Assembly (NCBI GenBank): GCA_029547805.1
Contig: JAKPOP010000010.1
Location: 209,675 to 273,674, forward strand
Length of the DNA: 64,000 bases
From: Deltaproteobacteria bacterium
Lineage (GTDB): Bacteria > Myxococcota_A > UBA9042 > DTJE01
Direction of reading: 5' to 3'
Position numbers and translations under genes: made by a program. Of the stretch, positions 50,006 to 57,646 are shown in pieces. Each line of letters opens with the position of its first letter. Positions within the stretch are counted from its first letter, which is position 1. The notes under the pieces are model-generated. The model had not been told where the DNA came from. It made no database searches and saw nothing but the letters and a program-made list of their open reading frames with translations.

Positions 50006-50802
50006 AGGCCATCCTGACTGACGTGACCCTCTGCATCGGGTGCGAGCGCTGTGTCGATGCCTGCCGCATGGCAAACGACCTCGGGCCCCAGTTGCCCTTC
50101 CGGTGGCTGTTGGAGGACGGACTCTCATCGGAGCGCTGGTGCAGCGTCCTTCGGAAGGAGGACCACTTCGTGCGGCGGCAGTGCATGCACTGCATCCAGC
50201 CCGCCTGCGCCTCCGCCTGCCCGGTCGGTGCCCTGCAGAAGACCGCCGAAGGCCCGGTCATCTACGACGACAAGAAGTGCCTGGGCTGCCGTTACTGCAT
50301 GATGGCCTGCCCCTTTGGGATCCCCCGATACTCCTGGGAATCCCCGATCCCCCTGGTCCGCAAGTGCCAGATGTGCTTCCAGAACCGGGTCTCGAAGGGC
50401 CAACAGCCCGGCTGCACGGCCGCCTGTCCGGTCAAGGCCACCATCTTCGGAGAGCGGGAGGACCTGCTGGCCGAGGCCCATCGGCGCATCCAGGAGAACC
50501 CTGACCGCTACCAGGGAAAGGTCTTCGGCGAGACGGAGGTGGGCGGCACCTGCGTGCTGTATCTGGCCCCCTTCGACCTGAACATGCTGACCCTGGGCAA
50601 CCGACTGGACGAACGGCCGATGCCCGAGCGAACCGTCTACGCGATGACGGCGGTGCCACCGGTGTTCCTGACCATGGGGGCGGTGATGACCGGCATCTGG
50701 TGGGTGATCGACCGCCGGATGCAGCGCCAGCGGGAACAGGACGCCGCCAGGCGCGACGGACATGCCGAACCCACCTCCCCCGATGATGGAAAGGAGGGCT
50801 GA
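50002..50802 (+). CDS. HybA/DmsB/NrfC-type 4x[Fe-S] ferredoxin subunit with C-terminal TM anchor
   Basis: CIGCERCVDAC, CMHCIQPACASACP, CLGCRYCMMACP and CQMCFQNRV..CTAACP cluster motifs. Terminal helix AVPPVFLTMGAVMTGIWWVI. Confidence 0.85.
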   Translation: MKAILTDVTLCIGCERCVDACRMANDLGPQLPFRWLLEDGLSSERWCSVLRKEDHFVRRQCMHCIQPACASACPVGALQKTAEGPVIYDDKKCLGCRYCMMACPFGIPRYSWESPIPLVRKCQMCFQNRVSKGQQPGCTAACPVKATIFGEREDLLAEAHRRIQENPDRYQGKVFGETEVGGTCVLYLAPFDLNMLTLGNRLDERPMPERTVYAMTAVPPVFLTMGAVMTGIWWVIDRRMQRQREQDAARRDGHAEPTSPDDGKEG

Positions 50803-50805
50803 GCG

Positions 50806-52656
50806 ATGACGACCACTCCTCCGACAACGGGCGCCCCGCTGCAGACCCGGCGCCTCAAGAACGTGAAGGCCCTGCTCTGGTTCCTGGTCGGGATGGCAGC
50901 CTCCTTCGCCCTCTTCCGGTTCTGGCGGGGCATGGGCGCCACGACGAACCTCACGGACCTGACCCCCTGGGGCTTCTGGATCGGCTTCGACGTGATGGGT
51001 GGCGTCGCGCTGGCCGCCGGCGGCTTCGTGATCGCCGCGACGGTCTATGTCTTCCACCTGGAGCGGTATCGCCCCATCCTGCGCCCTGCAGTGCTGACCG
51101 CCTTCCTGGGCTACCTGGCGGTGGTCGTGGGCCTGCTCTTCGACCTGGGCCTCCCCTGGCACATCTGGCACCTGATCATCTTCTGGAACCCCCGCTCCCC
51201 GCTCTTCGAGGTGGGCTGGTGCGTGATGCTCTACCTGACGGTGCTGCTGCTGGAGTTCCTGCCGGTGGTGCTGGAACTGGCGAAGCACCCCGTGTTGTCC
51301 CGGATCTACCACGTGCTGAAGAAGGCGACGGTCCCGCTGGTGATCCTCGGGATCATGCTCTCGACGCTCCACCAGTCGTCCCTGGGCTCGCTGCTGCTGA
51401 TCATGCCCCACCGGATCGACCCTCTCTGGTACTCGCCGATCCTGCCGATCCTGTTCTTCCTGTCGGCGGTGGGCCTGGGGCTGATGATGGTGACCACCGA
51501 GTCCCTCTTCTCGGCCTGGGTCTATGAGCAGCACTACGAACTGGACCTCCTCCAGGGTCTGGCCAAGGTGGCGGCGCCGGTGCTCTGGCTCTACGGGGCG
51601 GTCCGGATCGGGGACCTGGCCTGGCGAGGGTCCCTGGGCCACGTGCTGGACTCGGGTCTGGCGCCCAGACTCTTCGTCGCCGAGATGCTCATCGCGGTGA
51701 TCATCCCGGCGACCCTGCTGTCGATCCCCGCGACCCGCCGGTCGATGAAGGGGCTGGCCATCGCGGCGGGCATGACGGTGGTCGGGTTCGTCTTCAACCG
51801 GATCAACGCCGGGGGACTGGCGATGATCGAGACGACCGGCACCCGATACGTCCCGGCGTGGACCGAGTTCATCGCCTCCCTGGGGATCGTGGCCGGAGCG
51901 GCGCTGGTCTTCTTCTTCATCGCGGAGCGGTTCCACCTGCTGCCGGCAGGGCCCATGCGCCACGCCCGGGAGCGGCTGCCGAGTGTGGGGGAGTTCCGGC
52001 CGATGCTGAACCGGGGCGCGGCGATGTTCGTGTTCGGGACGGCCCTGGCCGTGATGCTGCTTCCGTCCTCGGCGCTGGACGGGTGGCCCGTGGTGGCCCA
52101 GCCGGTCCATGGTCCGGGCTACAACGACGTGATGATCATCGACGGCAACCGGAACGACAAGGGCGTGCGGTTCGACCACAAGATGCACCTGGACGTCGTG
52201 GACACTCAGGACAAGTGCGCCTACTGCCATCACATGGTGAAGCCCGGAGCCCACGCGACGGGCTGCAGCCAGTGCCACTCCGACGAGCACCTGCCGGTCA
52301 GCATCTTCAACCATCGACTGCACCAGGAGGCCCTGTCCAAGGGCCCGGGCTGCCTCACCTGCCACGAGGACACCTCCCGGCCCAAGGACCTGGAGCACTC
52401 GCGGCCCTGCCTGGACTGCCACCGGACGATGATTCCCGAAGGGGCGGCCTTCCAGCCCGCCGGGGCCCCCAACATTGGACTGGCGGTGGGGTACATGGAC
52501 GCGATGCACGGCCTCTGCCTGAAGTGCCACCAGGAGCAGGATGGAGGCCACGCGGGCGACGCCCCGGTGCTGTCCCGCTGCAACACCTGCCACTCGGGGG
52601 TGGTCCAGCCCTTCGACCCCCTGCGCCCGGACCAGCGACTCCGGGTGTCTCCCTGA
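50806..52656 (+). CDS. NrfD/PsrC-family quinol-interacting membrane subunit fused to a C-terminal hexahaem cytochrome c domain
   Basis: About 10 TM helices over 440 aa. They are followed by six CxxCH motifs (CAYCH, CSQCH, CLTCH, CLDCH, CLKCH, CNTCH) in the last 170 aa. Confidence 0.8.
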   Translation: MTTTPPTTGAPLQTRRLKNVKALLWFLVGMAASFALFRFWRGMGATTNLTDLTPWGFWIGFDVMGGVALAAGGFVIAATVYVFHLERYRPILRPAVLTAFLGYLAVVVGLLFDLGLPWHIWHLIIFWNPRSPLFEVGWCVMLYLTVLLLEFLPVVLELAKHPVLSRIYHVLKKATVPLVILGIMLSTLHQSSLGSLLLIMPHRIDPLWYSPILPILFFLSAVGLGLMMVTTESLFSAWVYEQHYELDLLQGLAKVAAPVLWLYGAVRIGDLAWRGSLGHVLDSGLAPRLFVAEMLIAVIIPATLLSIPATRRSMKGLAIAAGMTVVGFVFNRINAGGLAMIETTGTRYVPAWTEFIASLGIVAGAALVFFFIAERFHLLPAGPMRHARERLPSVGEFRPMLNRGAAMFVFGTALAVMLLPSSALDGWPVVAQPVHGPGYNDVMIIDGNRNDKGVRFDHKMHLDVVDTQDKCAYCHHMVKPGAHATGCSQCHSDEHLPVSIFNHRLHQEALSKGPGCLTCHEDTSRPKDLEHSRPCLDCHRTMIPEGAAFQPAGAPNIGLAVGYMDAMHGLCLKCHQEQDGGHAGDAPVLSRCNTCHSGVVQPFDPLRPDQRLRVSP

Positions 52657-52862
52657 GGTCCCAGGCGCCATCGGAAGACACCCCTGCCCGGAAATGGGTC
52701 CCAGGCGAAATGCGACGGTCGAAGTCGGCCCGTCGATGGCGGTGGAACCCACCAGGGGACGTCTGCTGGACGGGGGAATGGTGAGACGGTTGACGGGGGG
52801 AGGCGAAATGGGGGATACCAGCAGCCGATGAGGCGGAACGGGGTCTGCAACGGAGGAAGGCC

Positions 52863-54572
52863 ATGAAGAAGGCGACGGGCATCCTGGTGCTGGCAGCGAT
52901 GCTGGCGGCCTGCGCGAAGGAGGGAACGGTGGTGCGAGGCGACGGGAGGCAGGGCTCCCTGGAGGCGGAGGCGAGGACCTTCCTGGAGGGCTACAACCTC
53001 CGGCGGGCGGCACTTGAGAAGAAGGCCGCGGAGGCCTACTGGCAGGCGGCGAACAGCGGTCGGAAGGAGGACTTCGAGGCCTTCGCGGAGGCGGACCTGG
53101 CCACCCGGAAGTTCCACAGCGACCGGGAGGCCTATCGGACGGCGGAGCGGCTGCTGGCGGCCTCCGAGGGGTTCGACCCGGTGACCCGGCGGTCGCTGCA
53201 GGTGGTCCGGCTGGCCTACCAGGAGAACCAGTTGCCGCCGGAGATGCTGGAGGAACTGGTCCGGCGGTCGTCGGAGATCGAGCAGACGTTCAACACCTAC
53301 CGGGCGACGCTGGACGGGCGGGCCTGGTCCAACAACGAGTTGCTGGAGATGCTGCAGAAGACCACGGACTCGGCCCGCCGGCAGGCGATCTGGGAGGCCC
53401 TGAAGGGGGTCGGGGCGAAGGTGGGGCCGATGCTGCTGGAACTGGCGCAGGTCCGGAATCGGGCCGCGAGGATGCTGGGCCATGGGAACTTCTGGGAGAT
53501 GCGGATCCGGATGCAGGAGCACGACCCGGAGATGCTGCTGGCGATCTTCGACCGGCTGGAGCGGGACACGGAGACCCCCTTCAGGGAGATGAAGGCCCGG
53601 CTCGACGCGGAGGTGGCTGCCCGGCTGAAGGTGCCCGTGGAGGCGCTGATGCCCTGGCACTACGACAACCCGTTCTTCCAGGCGGCGCCGCCCTCGGCGA
53701 GGGTGGACCCGGACGTGTTCTATGAGGACAGGAAGAAGGAGGACATCGTCGCCATCGCGCAGCGGTTCTACGCCGACATCGGGCTGCCGATGGACGCGAT
53801 CATCGCCCGGTCGGACTACTACGAGCGGGAGGGCAAGGACCAGCACGCGTTCTGCACGGACATCGACCGGGCGGGGGACGTCCGGATGCTCCTGAACATC
53901 CGGCCCTCGGCGGAATGGATGGACACGATGCTCCACGAGGCGGGACACGCGGTCTATGCGGCCTACAACGACCCGTCGCTGCCCTGGGTGCTCCGGGACT
54001 CGGCCCACATCCTGACGACCGAGGGGGTGGCGATGCTGTTCGGGGCGCTGGGGCAGAACCCGACGTGGATGGTGGACTACGCGGGGGTGGACCGGGCCCG
54101 GGCGGAGGCGGCGGCAGAGGCGCTGTACGAGCAGCGGCGCCGGGAGCAGCTGCTGTTCGCCCGGTGGGACATGGTGATGTTCCGGTTCGAGAAGGCGCTC
54201 TACGAGGACCCGACCCAGGACCTGAACCGGCTGTGGTATGACCTGGTGGAGCGCCTGCAGCACCTGCGACGGCCGGCGGGGAGGGACCTGCCGGACTGGG
54301 CGGCGAAGCCGCACTTCACGATCGCGCCGGTGTACTACCACAACTATCTGCTGGGGGAACTGTTCGCGGCGCAGGTGCGGGCCCGGCTGGTGGAGATCGC
54401 GGGCCACCAGGGCCCGGCGGCGACACTGTCGTTCCGGGGCCGGAAGGACTTCGGGGCGTTCTTCCGCGATGCGGTGTTCCGGCCGGGCATGCGTTGGGAG
54501 TGGCCGGAGTTCGTCCGGCGGGCGACGGGGCGGCCGTTCGGTCCGGAGGCGTTCGTGGCGGAGGTCCGCTGA
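52863..54572 (+). CDS. Peptidase M2 (angiotensin-converting-enzyme-like) zinc metallopeptidase lipoprotein
   Basis: Lipobox LVLAAMLAAC. HEAGH with the third-ligand Glu (TTEGV) exactly 28 residues after the first His, as in ACE (HEMGH...E). Confidence 0.75.
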   Translation: MKKATGILVLAAMLAACAKEGTVVRGDGRQGSLEAEARTFLEGYNLRRAALEKKAAEAYWQAANSGRKEDFEAFAEADLATRKFHSDREAYRTAERLLAASEGFDPVTRRSLQVVRLAYQENQLPPEMLEELVRRSSEIEQTFNTYRATLDGRAWSNNELLEMLQKTTDSARRQAIWEALKGVGAKVGPMLLELAQVRNRAARMLGHGNFWEMRIRMQEHDPEMLLAIFDRLERDTETPFREMKARLDAEVAARLKVPVEALMPWHYDNPFFQAAPPSARVDPDVFYEDRKKEDIVAIAQRFYADIGLPMDAIIARSDYYEREGKDQHAFCTDIDRAGDVRMLLNIRPSAEWMDTMLHEAGHAVYAAYNDPSLPWVLRDSAHILTTEGVAMLFGALGQNPTWMVDYAGVDRARAEAAAEALYEQRRREQLLFARWDMVMFRFEKALYEDPTQDLNRLWYDLVERLQHLRRPAGRDLPDWAAKPHFTIAPVYYHNYLLGELFAAQVRARLVEIAGHQGPAATLSFRGRKDFGAFFRDAVFRPGMRWEWPEFVRRATGRPFGPEAFVAEVR

Positions 54573-54578
54573 GGGGCC

Positions 54579-55478
54579 TCACTCGTCGGGGTCGAAGAAG
54601 TCCCTCCAGGGGTCCACCCTTCGGAAGTACAGCGTCAGGAAGCCGGCGGAGACCACCCGGCGCACCATGCCCATGTCGTTTTCCTGGGTCCGGTGGAGGC
54701 GGGTGGCCTCGGCCATGAAGTGGGCGCAGGAGAGGCCCGGGACGGCCGGGAGGGAGGCGTCGAAGGTGTGGGTGACGGGGCCGGGGTCGCCGCCCCCGCC
54801 GAGTCGAAAGACCCAGAAGCGGTTCTGCTGGAGGATGGTCCGGGCGACCCGGTGGGGCGAGAGGCCGGGGGTCTCGAAGGTGGGATCGGCAGCCTGCCGG
54901 ACGGCGAGGACGGCCAGGCGGGCGGTGAGCTGGTGCTCGGGATGGCCGGTGGCGCCGACGTATGGGTCGAAGGTGACGAGGAGGTCGGGGCGGAAGTCCC
55001 GGATGGCGGTGACGATGTCCCGGAGGGGGTCTCCCTGGGCGCGCCAGCGGGCGAGGATCTCCCGGCGGGGCGGGAAGGAGGAGACGGGCAAGGGGGCGTT
55101 CCAGTAGCGGTGGTGGTAGAGGCGGGCACGGTACATGCGGGCCACCTGAGCCATCTCCCGCCCGCGAACGGTGGCGAGGTCGGGTTCGCACCCGTCGGGG
55201 AGGCCGCACTCGCCGCCGTCGCCGTGGGTCATGACGACGAAGGCGAGGGGGTTCCGGTAATGGATGGAGGCCCGTGCCAGGAGGCCCCCGGGGAAGCACT
55301 CGTCGTCGGGGTGGGCGGCGACCCACATGGTGCGGGCGCCGGCGGCCAGGACGTCGTCGAGGGGCGGGTCAGTGGGGTCGGGTCGGCCCCGGCGGTCGGC
55401 ACCACCGCATCCGGCAATGGTTGCGAGGGGCCACAGCCCGGCGGCGACGGCCCTCTGGAGGAACGTTCTCCGGTCCAT
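54579..55478 (-). CDS. PIG-L/LmbE-family N-acetylglucosaminyl deacetylase with Tat-like signal
   Basis: MDRRTFLQRAVAAGLW (RR-x-FL twin-arginine motif). LmbE motifs WVAAHPDDE and HPEH. Confidence 0.8.
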   Translation of the reverse strand: MDRRTFLQRAVAAGLWPLATIAGCGGADRRGRPDPTDPPLDDVLAAGARTMWVAAHPDDECFPGGLLARASIHYRNPLAFVVMTHGDGGECGLPDGCEPDLATVRGREMAQVARMYRARLYHHRYWNAPLPVSSFPPRREILARWRAQGDPLRDIVTAIRDFRPDLLVTFDPYVGATGHPEHQLTARLAVLAVRQAADPTFETPGLSPHRVARTILQQNRFWVFRLGGGGDPGPVTHTFDASLPAVPGLSCAHFMAEATRLHRTQENDMGMVRRVVSAGFLTLYFRRVDPWRDFFDPDE

Positions 55479-55547
55479 GGGTCACCTCCGCCGGGATTCT
55501 AGCCCAGTTGGTCCGGGAGGACCGGGGGCCAGGGGACCCGGGCGCGG

Positions 55548-56432
55548 GGCGTCGGGGGCGGGGGGACCGGGGGCGGGGGGACCGGGGGCGGGGGGACCGG
55601 GGGCGGGGGGACCGGGGGCCGGGCCTCCGGACTCGACGTCGCCCCGGGGGCGCTGCCCCCGGGGCGCGTCTGCGCCTCGGCGCGCGCGAGGGCATCGATG
55701 GCCCCCGCAAGGTCGCGCGCGCCTCCGGAGCGTCCTCCGGGCCCTGCCCCCGGCCGCCCCGATGTGACGCCGTCTGGGTCACCGGAGCGCGGGGGCTGGG
55801 AGAGGTCGACGGTGGATTGGGAGAAGTGGGAGAGAACGGGTGGGGGTGTGGACAGGGACGAGGATACGCCGGAGTGGGGACCAGGGAGGAGGCTTCCTGG
55901 GACGTCGGGGGCGGGGGGACCGGGGGCCGGGCCTCCGGACTCGACGTCGCCCCGGGGGCGCTGCCCCCGGGGCGCGTCTGCAACCTCGGCGCGCGCGAGA
56001 GCATCGATGGCCCCCGCAAGGTCGCGCGCGCCTCCGGAGCGTCCTCCGGGCCCGGCCCCCGGCCCCCCCCCGATGTGACGCCGTCTGGGTCACCAGAGCG
56101 CGGGGGCTGGGAGAGGCCGACGGTGGATTGGGAGAAGTGGGAGAGGACGGCTGGGGGTGTGGACAGGGGCACGGATACGCCGGTGTGGGGGCCAGGGAGG
56201 AGGCTTCAGGGACGTCGGGGGCGGGGGGACCGGGGGCCGGGCCTCCGGACTCGACGTCGCCCCGGGGGCGCTGCCCCCGGGGCGCGTCTGCGCCTCGGCG
56301 CGCGCGAAAGCATCGATGACCCCCGCATGGTCGCGCGCGCCTCCGGAGCGTCCTCCGGGCCCGGCCCCCGGCCCCCCCGATGTGGCGCCGTCTGGATCAC
56401 CAGAGCGCAGGGGCTGGGAGAGGTCGGCGAGG
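55548..56432. repeat. Three tandem direct copies (third truncated) of an about 310 bp non-coding repeat
   Basis: Copy 1 is about 55548-55900, copy 2 is 55901-56210 and copy 3 is 56211 to about 56432. They are nearly identical. Each contains the 9-bp inverted repeat CCCCGGGGG-cgctg-CCCCCGGGG and alternating CGCGCGCG tracts. The block lies in the 1 kb divergent spacer between the PIG-L deacetylase and sbcD genes. Confidence 0.85.
55559..55618 (+). repeat. 15-nt minisatellite (CGGGGGGACCGGGGG)x4 forming a run of about nine G5-6 tracts (G-quadruplex-prone)
   Basis: The unit is present once in repeat copies 2 and 3 but expanded to four units in copy 1. Confidence 0.85.
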
Positions 56433-56488
56433 AGTGGGCAAGGATGATGTCCCACCGCCGTGCAAGAATGAGGCGATCCCGGAAGGGG

Positions 56489-57646
56489 AGGGACAAGATG
56501 CGGATCCTGCAGACCGGCGACTGGCATCTGGGACGGCGGCTGAAAGGGCTGGACCTGCTGGAGGACCAGCGGTTCGTGCTGGAACAGGTGATCGAGCATG
56601 TGGAACAGGAGCGACCGGACCTGGTGCTCATTGCGGGGGACATCTATGACCGGGCGGACCCTCCGGCGGCGGCGGTGGACCTGCTGGACGAGGTGCTGTC
56701 CCGCCTGGTGCTGGACCTGCATGTGCCGGTGGTGCTGCTGGCGGGCAACCACGACAGCCCGGAGCGGCTGGCCTTCTGCTCGGGCATCCTGAAGCGCCAG
56801 GGGCTGCGAATTGTCGGGGAGATCCCCGAGGCACCGGAACCCCTCGTGCTGGAGGACGAGGCGGGGCCGGTGCACCTGTTTGCCCTGCCCTACCTGGACC
56901 CGGAGCGGGTCCGGGAGGGACTCGGCCGAGACGACCTGAGGGGCCACCAGGCCGCGATGGAGATCGTGCTGGATCAGGTCCGACGGCAATGCCACGCCGG
57001 GGTCCGGACGGTGCTGGCGGGCCATGCCTTCGTCCAGGGCGGATGCTCCAGCGAGTCGGAGCGGCTGCTGACGGTGGGCGGATCGGGAGCAGTGGATGCC
57101 TCGCTCTTCGAGGGGTTCGACCATGTGGCGCTGGGACATTTGCACCGGCCGCAGTCGGTCGGCCCACGAATCCACTACGCCGGGTCGCTGCTGGCCTACT
57201 CGATCTCGGAGACGGACCACTCGAAGGGCTTTCTGTGGGTGGACCTGCCGGCCTCGGGACCGCCATCGGTCGCCCAGGTGCCCCTGACGCCAAGGCGCCG
57301 GCTGCGTCGGGTCCAGGGGACCTTCCAGCAGGTGATGGACGGAGCCAGGCAGGATGAGGACCGGGAGGACCTCATCGTGGCGGTGCTGACAGACCCGGCA
57401 CCGGTCCCGGACGCGATCGGGCGCCTGCGGCAACACTACCCGAATACGTTGCACCTGGAATGGGAGGCGCTGGAGCACCCGGTCGGCGGCAGCACGGTCT
57501 CGAGAGAGGTGCTCCGGCTGGACCCGCTCTCTCTGTTCCAGCGGTTCTACCAGGAGGTCACCGGAAGGCCGATGGACGAGGCGGCCACGGCCCTGCTGGG
57601 CCCGGTGGTGGAACGGGCGATGCGGCCCGGGGAGGAGGCCCGATGA
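56489..57646 (+). CDS. sbcD: Exonuclease SbcCD, nuclease subunit D (Mre11-like)
   Basis: MRILQTGDWHLG.. and LIAGDIYD and LLAGNHD and GHLH phosphoesterase motifs. The stop overlaps the sbcC ATG (ATGA). Upstream parts of the 790-aa track ORF run through the repeats and are rejected. Confidence 0.9.
   Translation, partial: RDKMRILQTGDWHLGRRLKGLDLLEDQRFVLEQVIEHVEQERPDLVLIAGDIYDRADPPAAAVDLLDEVLSRLVLDLHVPVVLLAGNHDSPERLAFCSGILKRQGLRIVGEIPEAPEPLVLEDEAGPVHLFALPYLDPERVREGLGRDDLRGHQAAMEIVLDQVRRQCHAGVRTVLAGHAFVQGGCSSESERLLTVGGSGAVDASLFEGFDHVALGHLHRPQSVGPRIHYAGSLLAYSISETDHSKGFLWVDLPASGPPSVAQVPLTPRRRLRRVQGTFQQVMDGARQDEDREDLIVAVLTDPAPVPDAIGRLRQHYPNTLHLEWEALEHPVGGSTVSREVLRLDPLSLFQRFYQEVTGRPMDEAATALLGPVVERAMRPGEEAR

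Noticed and set aside
55548-56432. Possible CRISPR array
   Set aside because: Repeat units are about 310 bp with no unique spacers of uniform length. Not CRISPR-like.
55274-57646. 790-aa ORF running through the 310-bp repeats into sbcD
   Set aside because: The repeat-derived part (RGDRGRGDRG...) is a frame artefact of a GC-rich tandem repeat. SbcD begins at the ATG 56489 with the conserved MRILQTGDWHLG.
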